Below, one piece after another: positions 1 to 10,863 of a stretch of DNA of 64,000 nt. Position numbers and translations under genes: made by a program. Where the stretch lies: the NCBI GenBank assembly GCA_016219015.1, contig JACRCL010000005.1:17095-81094 (forward strand), in the 5' to 3' direction. This stretch comes from Deltaproteobacteria bacterium. Lineage in GTDB: Bacteria > Desulfobacterota > GWC2-55-46. The notes under the pieces were generated by a model that was not told the origin of the DNA, did not search any database, and saw only the letters and a list, made by a program, of their open reading frames with translations. Numbering within the stretch: the first letter of the stretch is position 1; every line of letters begins with the position of its first letter.

Positions 1-240
1 CCCGTGCCTGACCGACAACTTAAGGCCGTTCGCCTGTATCCGCGCGTTATTCAGGGACGAGGCCTTCCGCCGCTCCATGGAAAGGGCAAGGGATTTGAGC
101 CTTTCGTCCCTGACCCTGAGGACGTCTTTCTCGGCGTCTTCGATGATGGATTTGGCGGCCTCCTCGGCCTCGGATACAATCCTCCCGGTCTGGGCGTAGG
201 CGTCCTCTTCAATGGCCTTTAACAGCGCTTCCTGTGCCAT
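1..240 (-). CDS. ntpE: V/A-type ATPase subunit E (5' part, runs off window)
   Basis: Manual translation from ATG at 240: MAQEALLKAIEEDAYAQTGRIVSEAEEAAKSIIEDAEK..., open to the edge; charged helical N-terminus; follows subunit K. Confidence 0.7.
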   Translation of the reverse strand, partial: MAQEALLKAIEEDAYAQTGRIVSEAEEAAKSIIEDAEKDVLRVRDERLKSLALSMERRKASSLNNARIQANGLKLSVRHG

Positions 241-246
241 ATCTTC

Positions 247-459
247 CTACCTGCTTATTATCAGGTACGCCACGACGAACCCGAGGAGCACCATCGTCTC
301 GGGTATGGCCACGAGTATGATGATGGTCCCTGAAAGCTCCGGCTTCTCGGCGAGCGTGCCTCCTCCGGCCGCCCCGATCTTGCTCTGCGCCCAGGCCGTG
401 GCCAGCGCAGGAAGGCCGATTGCTATCGCGGCAGCCAGCGCGACAAGTGCTTTCTCCAT
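247..459 (-). CDS. ntpK: V/A-type ATPase proteolipid subunit K/c
   Basis: 70 aa, two hydrophobic helices, AQSKIGAAG...AIPET ion-binding Glu; SD GGAGG upstream. Confidence 0.92.
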   Translation of the reverse strand: MEKALVALAAAIAIGLPALATAWAQSKIGAAGGGTLAEKPELSGTIIILVAIPETMVLLGFVVAYLIISR

Positions 460-470
460 ATTTACCTCCT

Positions 471-624
471 GTTAGCAGGTTGCGGAAACGCAACCCTGAT
501 ATGCAATCCAGGGATGGATTGCCCAAATTGCGAGAATATAAAATCGAGCAATTTGCGCGACTTAGCCGAATTACTTAGGCTAAGTCGCGGCGGAAAAAGC
601 CATGGATGGGCTTTTTCCGCTCTA
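471..624. repeat. MITE/REP-like intergenic element with hairpins
   Basis: Ends ttagCAGGTTGCGGAAA...TTTTTCCGC; hairpin cgcgacttagcc/ggctaagtcgcg; AAAAGCCATGGATGRGCTTTTTC motif shared with 44411-44432. Confidence 0.55.
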
Positions 625-627
625 AAG

Positions 628-2502
628 TCACCTCTTCTTGAAGGGCGTGTACCTCCTGCCGCCCGCTTCGTAGAACTTGCTGAAGAACTCCACGTAATGG
701 AGCCTCATCGACTGTATCGAGGGGCTCAAGACGCTCAGCATGAGGTTGAGCGTATGGATAAGCCCCGCTACTATTATGCCCACCACGAGGTTCTCCGAAA
801 GCCCGCCTATCTGGTTCGCCACCAGCGCCATCACCACCGAGGCCGTGCCCACGGCCATCAGACGGACGTAGGAGACGATGTTGCCGATGGCCTTCACGAA
901 CTCAAGGGGCCCGAGGACCCCCTCGAAGACCGTAAGTAAGATGAAGGAGATTATGAGCACTATCGCACCGGGCGTGAGGAGCCCTTTCGGCAGGTACTCG
1001 AACATGATGCCGAGTATGACGAGGAAAGACACGACGAGCGCGAGGTAGGCTATCTTCGCGACGGCCTCCTTTGCCCTGCCTTTTAACAGGTGGTTCACCG
1101 CGCCGATGATTATACCGAGGAGCACGTGGCCTATGCCTATGCCCATGGTGAGCACTATCAACGTCTGCAGGGCCTCGACCCTGTTAATTAGCAACGGGTG
1201 GAGGATGCCGAGCTTTTCACCGAGGTCCCCGAAGAACTCTCCGAAGAGGAACCCGAAAAAGACCGCGGCGACCGAGCTTACGGCAAGCACCGTAAAGATG
1301 TCCCTAAAGGTATTGTTCGCCCTGAACCTCTTTCTCAGATAAAGGCTCAGGCCGAAGATTACCGCCCCGTACCCGATATCGCCCACTATGAGCCCCCAGA
1401 AGGCCGGGAAGAAGAGCGCCACATAGAGCGTCGGGTCTACCGAGCCGTACTTCGGCGGGGGCAGCGCCCCCAGAAAGACCTCGAACGGGCGGAGGAACCA
1501 CGGGTTCTTGATGGATACCGGGATATTCTGCACCTCCCTTTCCTCCACCTCGAGCTCCCTTACAAGCACCCTGTCCCCGAAGAGCGTTAAAAACCTCTCC
1601 TTGAACGGCTCGAACACGTCTACCGGGACCCAGCCCTCTATCACGAACGCGAACCGCGTCTGAGCGGCGTAAGTGAGGACGCCTATCTCGTCTATAGAGT
1701 CCTCGACGGCCCTTAGCAGCCCGGCCATGACCCCGTACCAGTCGTTGGCTATCCTGTTCAGCTCACCTTCGACCCCTTCCATGAGCCTGGGGAGCTCTCC
1801 CCTGCGCCTGCCCATCTGCTTCAACGCGTTTATGAGGGTCATGTCAGCGTACTCGTCCGGGAGCCTCACCTCGTTTATGGCCTTGCCGGAAAGGAGGTAC
1901 CTGACCTCCGGCTCGTGCTGCCTCGGGTATGTGAGGACTATGCCGATGGACGATTCGTCGAGGTCTTTCGCGTACAGCTGGTAGCTCCCGCCGGTGATCC
2001 TGTTTATCTCGGCCTCTATTATTTTGGCGATATCCTCGCGGGTCTTCTCTATGGTCAGTCCTATGATATCGAAGTTCTTGAGGCCCCCGAGGCGGGATAC
2101 TATGGGGGCGAACCCGGCCAGCAGCCTCTCGTACCTGTTTACGGTGTTCAACTCTTCCGTAAGCTCGTCCTTGCGCGCGTGGAGGAGTTTTATCCTCTCC
2201 TCCACGGGCGTGATGTCGTCGAGTATCTTCCGTATCTCGCCGCCGCCGACCCTCAGGGTCCTGTAGGAGGGCGGGGGCTCAAGGAGGGCAAGGAGGTTAC
2301 GGAGCCTCTCGGCCGCCTTGTCGAGGTAGCTCTTCTCGGAGAGCTTCTCCCTTTCCATCGGAAGCCTGGAAAAGAAAGGCTCTTGCGGCCCGGCCTCGAC
2401 CGACTCTATATGGACGACGGCCGCGTCGTGGAGGGCCTTTATGCAATCGTCGAGGCAACCCCTCGGGCCGATTATCTGGACCTTCCTCATCTTCTGTATC
2501 AT
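628..2502 (-). CDS. ntpI: V/A-type ATPase subunit I (a)
   Basis: 624 aa; soluble N-half, membrane C-half with GDIGYG, SYVRLMA, RLHYVEFFSKFY. Confidence 0.95.
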   Translation of the reverse strand: MIQKMRKVQIIGPRGCLDDCIKALHDAAVVHIESVEAGPQEPFFSRLPMEREKLSEKSYLDKAAERLRNLLALLEPPPSYRTLRVGGGEIRKILDDITPVEERIKLLHARKDELTEELNTVNRYERLLAGFAPIVSRLGGLKNFDIIGLTIEKTREDIAKIIEAEINRITGGSYQLYAKDLDESSIGIVLTYPRQHEPEVRYLLSGKAINEVRLPDEYADMTLINALKQMGRRRGELPRLMEGVEGELNRIANDWYGVMAGLLRAVEDSIDEIGVLTYAAQTRFAFVIEGWVPVDVFEPFKERFLTLFGDRVLVRELEVEEREVQNIPVSIKNPWFLRPFEVFLGALPPPKYGSVDPTLYVALFFPAFWGLIVGDIGYGAVIFGLSLYLRKRFRANNTFRDIFTVLAVSSVAAVFFGFLFGEFFGDLGEKLGILHPLLINRVEALQTLIVLTMGIGIGHVLLGIIIGAVNHLLKGRAKEAVAKIAYLALVVSFLVILGIMFEYLPKGLLTPGAIVLIISFILLTVFEGVLGPLEFVKAIGNIVSYVRLMAVGTASVVMALVANQIGGLSENLVVGIIVAGLIHTLNLMLSVLSPSIQSMRLHYVEFFSKFYEAGGRRYTPFKKR

Positions 2503-2820
2503 CTAACCGCCACCTGATATAAGCCTTATAACCTCTTTTATCGCCGTGTCCTTAATGGACCGGGCCCTGGTCTTAAGCTCTTCGGCGCTCCTTTCAGCCT
2601 CTTGCCCGATCCTCCTTACCTCTTCCATTACGGCGGCCTCGTCCCTTGAGGCGAGCTCCTTCAACTCCTTTTCAAGGGCCTTGAGCCTCTCGTTTTTAAG
2701 CTCGCGGGCGGACCTCATCGCGGCCTCCTTGATGGCGGAGGCGCGCCTTTTGGCGTCGCCAATCAGCGACTCCATCTCCTCTTCCTTGGACTTAAGCTCT
2801 TCAAGGATGTCTTCGGGCAT
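2503..2820 (-). CDS. V/A-type ATPase peripheral stalk subunit H/G
   Basis: 105 aa E/K/A-rich coiled coil immediately before subunit I. Confidence 0.75.
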   Translation of the reverse strand: MPEDILEELKSKEEEMESLIGDAKRRASAIKEAAMRSARELKNERLKALEKELKELASRDEAAVMEEVRRIGQEAERSAEELKTRARSIKDTAIKEVIRLISGGG

Positions 2821-2859
2821 CTTTTAGCCTTCTTCTAAGGACGGGCAATGCTTGATAAG

Positions 2860-3288
2860 TTATTGTTTTGGCAGGACTTTTCGTGCAGGCCGGCCAACCG
2901 GCCCTTTTATTGTGACAAGGTTCCTGATCTTTTCTAATTTGACTTTACCAACCCATTTAACCTCTGTCAATTGGTCAACGGACGTAAAGCCGCCGAGTTC
3001 CTTTCTTTTTTCAAGGATCCGGGCGGCTGTTTTGGGGCCTATGCCCGGGAGCAGGGCGAGGTCTTCTGCCGTGGCGGTGTTGATGTCGATGGGAAAGCCG
3101 GGGAGCATCCCGCCCGCATTTTCGGCGGGCGTTTCAGCTAACAGGGGTGCCTGGACTTGAGGGTTTTCCGGTACGGCGTGGTTACGGGACGCGTCGGCAA
3201 CGCTTCGATATCCAAAGGAGCGTACCAAAGGAATGGATAAGAGTATGATGGCGAGTATTATTAAAGCGCCGGACCTGTTTCGGGTCAT
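2860..3288 (-). CDS. comEA: ComEA-family helix-hairpin-helix DNA-binding protein
   Basis: N-terminal TM; [22 protein letters not shown] HhH motif. Confidence 0.88.
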   Translation of the reverse strand: MTRNRSGALIILAIILLSIPLVRSFGYRSVADASRNHAVPENPQVQAPLLAETPAENAGGMLPGFPIDINTATAEDLALLPGIGPKTAARILEKRKELGGFTSVDQLTEVKWVGKVKLEKIRNLVTIKGPVGRPARKVLPKQ

Positions 3289-4877
3289 TTTTTAGATGAG
3301 AGGATTCTCTTCGCCTTCTTCCTGTCCTTGAAAAGCTTGTATTCGAGGCTGTCGACAAGCGCCTGCCAACTCGCCTCTATCACGTTATCGGAGACCCCTA
3401 CCGTGCCCCACTTGTCCCTTGCGTCGCCGGATTCCACAAGGACCCTGACCTTGGCGGCAGTGCCCTGGACGCCCGCCAGCACCCTTACCTTGAAGTCAAG
3501 GAGCTTTACCTCCTTCAGTTCGGGATAAAAGCGCTCCAGGGCCTTGCGGAGAGCTGCATCAATCGCGTTTACCGGGCCGCTCCCCTCTGCCGCGGTATGC
3601 TCCACGACTCCATTGACATCGAGCTTTATCGTGGCCTCGGCGAACGCCGGCTCGTTCTCTTTCTTCTTCTCGTCGATCACCCTGAAGCCGAGGAGCCTGA
3701 AGTACCGCGCCTTTTTCTTCAGGGCTTTCTGGATCAACAGCTCGAAAGAGCCTTCAGCGCCCTCGTACTGGAAGCCCTGGTGCTCGAGGCTCTTAAGCTC
3801 GTTCAACAGGTCCTTGACGACCGGGGAGCCGCTCTCTATGTCCACGCCGTACTCACGCGCCTTGTAGATGATGTTCGACCTGCCGGAAAGGTCGGATACG
3901 AGCACCCTCTGGTGGTTGCCGACAAGCTCGGGCCTTATGTGCTCGTAGGTAAGCGGGCTCTTTACGACCGCGCTCACGTGGACCCCTCCCTTGTGGGCGA
4001 ACGCGCTGTCGCCCACGTAAGGCTGGTGCTTGAAGTGCGGCAGGTTCGCAAGCTCGTATACGAACCGGGCGGTCTCCCTCAGCTTCTTGAGCCTCTCGTC
4101 CGTTATGCAGTCTATATTCATCTTGAGCTTCAAGGCCGGTATTATGGAGCAGAGGTTGGCGTTACCGCACCTCTCGCCGAAGCCGTTTATCGTCCCCTGC
4201 ACCATCGTGGCGCCCTCTTTTACAGCCAGGAGGGTATTTGAGACAGCAGCCTCTGAATCGTTATGCGCGTGGATGCCGATGGGGGCCGCCACGACCCTCC
4301 TAACCTCCCTGACGGTATCCGCCACCTCGAATGGCATCGTCCCGCCGTTTGTGTCGCAGAGGACGATTGTGTCGGCCCCGGCGTCTTCAGCTGCCGCAAG
4401 GGTCCTCAAGGCGTAGGGCGGGTCATCCCTGTAGCCGTCGAAGAAGTGTTCCGCGTCGTAGAAGACCTTGTCCGCCCTTTTTTTGAGGAAGGTTATCGTG
4501 TCGAATATCATCTCGAGGTTCTCTTCGAGCGATACCCTCAGGGCCTTAACCACGTGGAGCTTCCACGATTTGCCGAATACCGTTATGGCCGGGGTGCCGG
4601 AAGAAAGCAGGGCCTTCAGGTTGCCGTCATTCTTCGCCTTAACCCCGGCCCTGCGTGTCGAGCCGAAGCTCACTATCTCCGAATGGGCGAGCTTCTGCCT
4701 TCGGACGGCCTTGAAGAACTCGATGTCTCGCGGGTTGGACCCGGGCCAGCCGCCTTCTATATAATGGACCCCGAGCTCGTCGAGCTTCAAGGCTATCCTT
4801 ACCTTGTCCTCGACGGAAAAGGAGATGTCCTCGGCCTGTGTCCCGTCCCTTAATGTGGTATCGTAGATTTTAAGCAT
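3285..4877 (-). CDS. cimA: Citramalate synthase
   Basis: [29 protein letters not shown]; LeuA-type allosteric C-terminus. Confidence 0.92.
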   Translation of the reverse strand: MLKIYDTTLRDGTQAEDISFSVEDKVRIALKLDELGVHYIEGGWPGSNPRDIEFFKAVRRQKLAHSEIVSFGSTRRAGVKAKNDGNLKALLSSGTPAITVFGKSWKLHVVKALRVSLEENLEMIFDTITFLKKRADKVFYDAEHFFDGYRDDPPYALRTLAAAEDAGADTIVLCDTNGGTMPFEVADTVREVRRVVAAPIGIHAHNDSEAAVSNTLLAVKEGATMVQGTINGFGERCGNANLCSIIPALKLKMNIDCITDERLKKLRETARFVYELANLPHFKHQPYVGDSAFAHKGGVHVSAVVKSPLTYEHIRPELVGNHQRVLVSDLSGRSNIIYKAREYGVDIESGSPVVKDLLNELKSLEHQGFQYEGAEGSFELLIQKALKKKARYFRLLGFRVIDEKKKENEPAFAEATIKLDVNGVVEHTAAEGSGPVNAIDAALRKALERFYPELKEVKLLDFKVRVLAGVQGTAAKVRVLVESGDARDKWGTVGVSDNVIEASWQALVDSLEYKLFKDRKKAKRILSSKK

Positions 4878-4921
4878 AATGTCTGACGTATCTATTAGTT
4901 GATGCGGAAAAATTTTAGACT

Positions 4922-5008
4922 GTCATTCTGAGCGAAGCGAAGAATCCCGGAGCTGATGAAAGCAAAAAGTTTCGAGATTCTTCGTCGCCTTCGGCTCCTC
5001 AGAATGAC
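4922..5008. repeat. GTCATTCTGAG-type REP-like palindrome, copy 1
   Basis: GTCATTCTGAGCGAAGCGAAGAATC...GATTCTTCG...CTCAGAATGAC; homologous to 23952 and 49439. Confidence 0.85.
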
Positions 5009-5051
5009 GACATTGGGGACTTTTCCGCAGTCCTGTTAGAAATGCTACCTT

Positions 5052-6293
5052 CTATTCCTTCTCTTCAACGACCTCGTTATTCCCGAGCCCGAAGGACTCA
5101 TGGAGCACCCTCACGGCGAGCTCGGTGTATTTTACGTCTATCACGCACGAGATCTTTATCTCGGAGGTCGATATCATCTGTATGTTGATGCCTTCCTTCG
5201 CCAGGACCTCGAACATCTGCGATGCTATGCCCGCGTGGCTCCTCATGCCCGCGCCCACTATTGAGACCTTGGCTATGTTCGGGTCGCCCACGACCTCCTC
5301 GGCGCCTATCTCGGCGGCGGTCTTTTCCTTTATGAGCTTCAACGCCTTCTTGTAGTCGGAGTTCGATACCGTGAAGGTCAGGTCCGTATGCGCGTCGTGG
5401 CTTATGTTCTGGACTATCATGTCCACGTTTATGCCGTCCTCCGTGAGCGGGCGGAAGAGCTTCGCGGCGATCCCCGGCCTGTCCGGGACCCGCAGGACCG
5501 ATATCTTGGCCTCGCTCTTGTTGTACGTGATGCCGGAAACGACTACCTTCTCCATCTCACTGTCCTCCTTGCAGACAAGCGTGCCTTCAGCGTCGGTAAA
5601 CGAAGACCTTACCATGACGGGTATTTCGTATTTTTTGGCGAACTCCACCGAGCGCGTCTGCAGCACCTTTGCCCCGAGGCTCGCCATCTCCAACATCTCG
5701 TCGTAGGAGACCTTCTTAAGTTTCCTCGCGTCCGAGCAGATATTCGGGTCCGTGGTATACACCCCCTCCACGTCCGTATATATCTCGCAGAGGTCCGCCT
5801 TTAACGCCGCCGCAAGGGCCACGGCCGTGGTATCCGACCCGCCCCTCCCGAGCGTCGTGATATTGCCCTGCCCGTCCATGCCCTGAAAGCCGGCTACGAC
5901 GACTATCGAGCCCTTTTTCAGCTCCTCAGCCATCTTATCCGTCCCTATCGACTCTATCCGGGCCGAGCCGAACTGCGAGTCAGTCACTATCGGGACCTGG
6001 TGGCCGAGGAAACTCTTCGCCCTGTAGCCCATCTCGTTCAATATTATTGCAAGGAGCCCTACGGTCACCTGCTCGCCCGTGGAGATGACCACGTCGTATT
6101 CCCTGCCCAGGGGGAATTCGGCGGCCTCCTGCGTAAGCCCTACGAGCTTGTTGGTCTCTCCCGACATGGCGGAGAGCACCACCACGACCTGGTTCCCGGC
6201 ACCGGAGGTCTTTCCCACCCTCCTCGCGACGTTCCTGATCCTCTCGATGTTGCCGACCGAGGTCCCTCCGTACTTCTGCACTATCAAAGCCAT
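5052..6293 (-). CDS. lysC: Aspartate kinase
   Basis: [21 protein letters not shown], two ACT domains. Confidence 0.96.
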   Translation of the reverse strand: MALIVQKYGGTSVGNIERIRNVARRVGKTSGAGNQVVVVLSAMSGETNKLVGLTQEAAEFPLGREYDVVISTGEQVTVGLLAIILNEMGYRAKSFLGHQVPIVTDSQFGSARIESIGTDKMAEELKKGSIVVVAGFQGMDGQGNITTLGRGGSDTTAVALAAALKADLCEIYTDVEGVYTTDPNICSDARKLKKVSYDEMLEMASLGAKVLQTRSVEFAKKYEIPVMVRSSFTDAEGTLVCKEDSEMEKVVVSGITYNKSEAKISVLRVPDRPGIAAKLFRPLTEDGINVDMIVQNISHDAHTDLTFTVSNSDYKKALKLIKEKTAAEIGAEEVVGDPNIAKVSIVGAGMRSHAGIASQMFEVLAKEGINIQMISTSEIKISCVIDVKYTELAVRVLHESFGLGNNEVVEEKE

Positions 6294-6333
6294 TACGACT
6301 TTCCTCCCGGCGAATGCGGGCCTTCCGGCCCCT

Positions 6334-7728
6334 CTATCTCTTCCTGCCTATCTTGTGTATGGCCGTGCCGTGCGCGTCCTCCGCCGCCTCCATGACCAGC
6401 TCCGGCAGCGTCGGGTGCGCGTGGACGGTCTCCGCTATGTCCTTTAACTTCGCGCCGGTCTTCATAACGACCGCGACCTCTCCGATAAGGTCTGTTGCGT
6501 GGGCGCCCACGATGGAGCAGCCGAGGACCTTATCCGTGCCGGGGTCGGCGATTATCTGGACGAACCCTTCTGTCTCTCCCATGCCGAGGGCCTTGCCTGA
6601 CGCGGCATAAGGGAACCTCCCGACCTTTACCGGGACGCCCTTCTCCTCCGCGTCTTTTTCACGCAGGCCCACGCTCGCTATTTCAGGATCGGTAAATATG
6701 CCCGCCGGGATGACCGAATAGTCCATGGCCGTGTCCTTACCCAAAGCGTTCTGTACGGCCACAATCCCCTGGGTGGAAGCGACATGGGCCAATAGCATCT
6801 TGCCCGTGACGTCGCCTATGGCGTAGACGCCCTTTACGCTCGTCTCCATCTTCTCATTTACGGTTATCCTGCCCTTATCCATATTGACGCCCACGGCCTC
6901 CAGCCCGAGCCCGGTTGAGTTGAAGCTCCGGCCTATAGAGACCATGACCTTTTCGGTCACGAATTCCCTGCCGTCCTTGAGCCTTGTCTTGACCCTGCCC
7001 TCCTCCACCGTTACCGACTCGACGGACACCTCGGTAAGGACGGTCACGCCAAGCTCCTTGTACCTCTTCAATATCGTCCTCGATACCATTTTGTCTTCCG
7101 TCGATAGTATCGTGGGCAGGAGCTCGACTATGACTACGCTGCTGCCGAAGGCCGAAAAGAGCGTTGCGAACTCGCAGCCCATGACGCCGCCGCCTATTAT
7201 AAGGAGTGACTTGGGCACCTCCCTCAAATCGAGCATCTCGGTAGAGGTGAGGACGCTTTTCCTGTCTATGTTGAATGCCGGTATCATGGCCGGCTCCGAG
7301 CCTGTGGCTATTATTATGGATTTCGCGGCGGCCTCTTCCGCCGTCCCGTCGGACTTCGTTACCCCGACCTTTCCGGGTGATTCGACGAAGGCCGAGCCAC
7401 GGAGCGTCTCCACGCCGTTTCCTTTAAGGAGCTGCTCGACGCCTCCGACGAGCTTTTTTACTACGTCGTTCTTCCTGTCTACGGCTTTGCCGAGGTCGAA
7501 TTTAACCTCCCCGACGGTTACGCCGAACTCGCCCGCCCTTCTTGCAGCCGTCAACGCGCCAGCGGAGTAGTACAGCGCCTTCGTGGGTATGCAGCCCCTG
7601 TTGAGGCAGGTGCCGCCGATCTTATCCTTCTCCACAATGGCTACTTTCGCGCCCATCTGCGCTGCCCTTATGGCGGCGACATACCCGCCGGGCCCGGCGC
7701 CTACTATGACTATGTCGAACTCTTTCAT
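6334..7728 (-). CDS. lpdA: Dihydrolipoamide dehydrogenase
   Basis: [26 protein letters not shown]. Confidence 0.95.
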   Translation of the reverse strand: MKEFDIVIVGAGPGGYVAAIRAAQMGAKVAIVEKDKIGGTCLNRGCIPTKALYYSAGALTAARRAGEFGVTVGEVKFDLGKAVDRKNDVVKKLVGGVEQLLKGNGVETLRGSAFVESPGKVGVTKSDGTAEEAAAKSIIIATGSEPAMIPAFNIDRKSVLTSTEMLDLREVPKSLLIIGGGVMGCEFATLFSAFGSSVVIVELLPTILSTEDKMVSRTILKRYKELGVTVLTEVSVESVTVEEGRVKTRLKDGREFVTEKVMVSIGRSFNSTGLGLEAVGVNMDKGRITVNEKMETSVKGVYAIGDVTGKMLLAHVASTQGIVAVQNALGKDTAMDYSVIPAGIFTDPEIASVGLREKDAEEKGVPVKVGRFPYAASGKALGMGETEGFVQIIADPGTDKVLGCSIVGAHATDLIGEVAVVMKTGAKLKDIAETVHAHPTLPELVMEAAEDAHGTAIHKIGRKR

Positions 7729-8165
7729 CTCTCCCCCGCGGTCATATTCTTCCGGTCTATCTCTATCTCCCTTTCGTTCTCGCCGCGGTATGTGAACCTG
7801 ACCGTAATGGCGCAGTCGTCGAGAAGGCCGGGGACCTTATCCGCCCATTCTATTACAGAAACCCCCTTGCCGTAAACAAATTCTTGCAGCCCCGCGCCGA
7901 AGAACTCATCCGGGTTTGCTATCCTGTAGAGGTCTATGTGGTATAAGGGGAGCCTGCCGCCCCCGTATATGTTTATTATCGTGAAGCTCGGGCTTTTTAT
8001 GAAGCCCCTCGATCCGAGCCCTCTCGCGATGCCCCTTACGAACCTTGTCTTCCCGCCCCCGAGCTCGCCTATGAGCCCCACGCAGTCGCCGGGAGTTAGC
8101 TCCTTTGCGAGCCCCTCCCCTATGCTCTCGGTCTCTTCCGGGGACCTTGATAAGACCTTTTTCAT
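7725..8165 (-). CDS. tsaE: tRNA threonylcarbamoyladenosine biosynthesis ATPase
   Basis: GELGGGKT, SPSFT, HIDLYR, IEW. Confidence 0.95.
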   Translation of the reverse strand: MKKVLSRSPEETESIGEGLAKELTPGDCVGLIGELGGGKTRFVRGIARGLGSRGFIKSPSFTIINIYGGGRLPLYHIDLYRIANPDEFFGAGLQEFVYGKGVSVIEWADKVPGLLDDCAITVRFTYRGENEREIEIDRKNMTAGER

Positions 8166-9718
8166 ACGGGCGTGATGAACGAATTAAGTATCTTCGGTAT
8201 ATGGACGAGAAGGTCGGTCGCGACCATCCCGGCCTCGCCGTTCAGGTCTTTTACCGCGTCACCTGCCATACCGTGGATATAGGCCCCTGCCGAGGCGGCC
8301 TCTATCGGGCCGTACCCCTGCGCGAGGAGTCCGCCTATCATGCCCGCGAGTATGTCGCCCGTGCCAGCGGTGGCAAGCCCGGGGTTACCCGTGGGGTTTA
8401 TAAATACCTGACCCTTGCCCGCTATTATTGTGCCCGCGCCCTTCAGCACGACCGTCGCCCCCGTCATCTCGGAGAGCCTCTCGGCTGAAGAGAGCCTGTT
8501 GGCCTGGACTTCATTTACCGGTATCTTCAACAGCCTCGACATCTCGCCGGGGTGCGGCGTAAGTATCACCTCGGCCTTGCGTCCCTTTAAGATGGACAGG
8601 TCCTTCGCGACGGCGTTAAGCCCGTCGGCGTCGATTATGAACGGCGCGTCTATATCCCTTACGAGTTTTTCAATAAGCTCGAATACCCCTTTTTTGTTCC
8701 CGAGCCCCGGGCCTATCAGGACGGCCGTCTTGTTGGCGAGCGCGTCCTTTATCCGGCCATAAGACTCCAAACCAACGGTCCTGTCAACGGTCTCGGGGAC
8801 GCCTATCGTCATGACCTCCGTCGTCTTTACTTCCATTATGGGGTTCAGGCTTTCGGGCAGGGCGATGGTCGTAAGCCCCGCCCCAATCCTCATGGCGGCC
8901 TCACCGGCCATGCAGGCCGCGCCGGTCATGCCGGGCGAACCCGCTATGATAAGTAAATGCCCGTATGAACTTTTGTGGGAGTCTGCCTTGCGCCTTTTTA
9001 AAAATGTCCTCAGCCAGTCCCCGGTGATGAGGTTCCATCTGATCGAAGGGTCCTCAATCAATTCCCTGGGCGACCCGATGTCAACAACCTCGACCCTTCC
9101 GGCATAGTCCCTGCCGGGGTAGACGTAGAGCCCTATCTTCGGCAGCGCCATCGTAGCCGTGATATCGGCCCTGACCGCAACCCCGAGGACCCTGCCCGTG
9201 CCGGCGTCGATGCCCGACGGGATATCTATTGCGACCGTCTTTTTGTTCAGGCTGTTTATGAGGTTGATGATTTCGGCATGGAGGCCCGTGACCCCGGTTG
9301 AAAGCCCGGTGCCGAATATGGCGTCAACTATGATGGAAGAGTGCCTCAGGGCCGATTCGCATTTCTTCAGGTCCTCGGCGGAAAGTACGGTAAAAACCTC
9401 GCCGTTCATCTTCCGCCACGCGGAGAGGTTAGCCCCTGCGTCGCCTTTTACGTCTTCGGGCCTCGCGAGCAGGAATACGGACGCGCTTATCCCGGAATTC
9501 CTCAAGTGGCGTGCGGCCACGAAACCGTCGCCCCCGTTGTTGCCTTTCCCGGCTATTATCGAGACCTTCTTCTGCCCGATGACGCCGGACAATTCCCTTT
9601 TTATTATTTCGGCCGCGCCCCTCCCGGCGTTCTCCATGAGCTGGAGTGTCTTTATCGAGAAGTCCTTCTCCGACCTTCTGTCTATCTCCCGTATGGTATC
9701 GGAATCAGCGAGCTTCAT
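8162..9718 (-). CDS. nnr: Bifunctional NAD(P)HX epimerase/dehydratase
   Basis: LMENAG, GKGNNGGDG, DIPSG, TPHPGE, ATAGTGD. Confidence 0.95.
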   Translation of the reverse strand: MKLADSDTIREIDRRSEKDFSIKTLQLMENAGRGAAEIIKRELSGVIGQKKVSIIAGKGNNGGDGFVAARHLRNSGISASVFLLARPEDVKGDAGANLSAWRKMNGEVFTVLSAEDLKKCESALRHSSIIVDAIFGTGLSTGVTGLHAEIINLINSLNKKTVAIDIPSGIDAGTGRVLGVAVRADITATMALPKIGLYVYPGRDYAGRVEVVDIGSPRELIEDPSIRWNLITGDWLRTFLKRRKADSHKSSYGHLLIIAGSPGMTGAACMAGEAAMRIGAGLTTIALPESLNPIMEVKTTEVMTIGVPETVDRTVGLESYGRIKDALANKTAVLIGPGLGNKKGVFELIEKLVRDIDAPFIIDADGLNAVAKDLSILKGRKAEVILTPHPGEMSRLLKIPVNEVQANRLSSAERLSEMTGATVVLKGAGTIIAGKGQVFINPTGNPGLATAGTGDILAGMIGGLLAQGYGPIEAASAGAYIHGMAGDAVKDLNGEAGMVATDLLVHIPKILNSFITPV

Positions 9719-10071
9719 TTCATGGGGGTCTTTTCTATTATGGTTTCGGCGAGGCTCATGCCGTTGTCGTGAGTTATCGAAAGGCTTACCCGCAGCCCCT
9801 TTTCAAGCCCCTTTACATTCAGCCCCGGCCTCCCGGCCGTGTCCCTCTCTATCTCGATGTCTTTATAGACGACCGCTTTTCCGAACGCCTTGATAAAGCT
9901 CGTCTTGGCGGCGAACCGGGCCGCGAGGTGGACCTCAGGGTTTCTCTTGCCCATACAGTAGGATAGCTCCTCGGCGGTAAAGAGCCTGTCGAAGAGCCTT
10001 TCACCCCAGCGGGCCATCGCGGACTTGAACCGTGCCACATCGACGGCGTCTATGCCTATGCCGTATATCAT
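9715..10071 (-). CDS. acpS: Holo-ACP synthase
   Basis: IYGIGID, LAARFAAK, SITH. Confidence 0.93.
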   Translation of the reverse strand: MIYGIGIDAVDVARFKSAMARWGERLFDRLFTAEELSYCMGKRNPEVHLAARFAAKTSFIKAFGKAVVYKDIEIERDTAGRPGLNVKGLEKGLRVSLSITHDNGMSLAETIIEKTPMK

Positions 10072-10796
10072 AAAGGCCGGCTCGACACGATAAGCCTCTT
10101 CATCTCCTTTACCGCTTCGGGTATCCCGGCGTAGATGCTCCGGGCGATGATGCTGAAGCCTATGGCGAACTCGTCTATCTCCCTTATCGCCGCGACCTTC
10201 GAGACGTTCGCGTAATCGAGCCCGTGGCCCGCGTGGGTCTTCAAGCCCAGCCGCTTCGATAGAATGGCTGAGTCCTGTATCCTCTTTAGCTCGGCCTCGA
10301 TCTCGTCCTCTTTTTTCGCCTCGGCGTACCTTCCGGTATGCAGCTCAATGCCGGTAGAGCCTATCCTGTGGCAGGCCTTGACCGATTCCAACGAGAGGTC
10401 GACGAAGAGGTTCACCGCTATACCCGCGTCCATCAGCATGGGCACGAACCTTTTCAGGTGGTCGAGGTTGGTCTTCACGTCGAGGCCGCCCTCGGTCGTA
10501 AGCTCCTGCCTTTTTTCGGGCACGAGAGTGACCATGTCGGGCTTTACCTCGAGGGCCTTCTCGAACATCTCTTTCGTGGCGGCCATCTCGAGGTTTAACC
10601 TGACCTTTACGGTCTTCCGGAGGATGTACAGGTCCCTGTCCTGGATATGACGCCTGTCCTCCCTTAGATGTACAGTTATCCCGTCTGCCCCGGCGATCTC
10701 CGCGAGCCCGGCCGCGATGACCGGGTCCGGCTCGTTCGAAAGCCTTGCCTGCCTTACAGTTGCTACATGGTCCACGTTAACCGAAAGCCTCGACAT
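10068..10796 (-). CDS. pdxJ: Pyridoxine 5'-phosphate synthase
   Basis: VNVDHVATVR, HLREDRRHI, AGHGL. Confidence 0.96.
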   Translation of the reverse strand: MSRLSVNVDHVATVRQARLSNEPDPVIAAGLAEIAGADGITVHLREDRRHIQDRDLYILRKTVKVRLNLEMAATKEMFEKALEVKPDMVTLVPEKRQELTTEGGLDVKTNLDHLKRFVPMLMDAGIAVNLFVDLSLESVKACHRIGSTGIELHTGRYAEAKKEDEIEAELKRIQDSAILSKRLGLKTHAGHGLDYANVSKVAAIREIDEFAIGFSIIARSIYAGIPEAVKEMKRLIVSSRPL

Positions 10797-10863
10797 CTCT
10801 CAAAGACTCCTTTAACAAATTTATCCAAGGCTGCGTCGCGCGCATGTAAAAGCGGGGAAGCCC

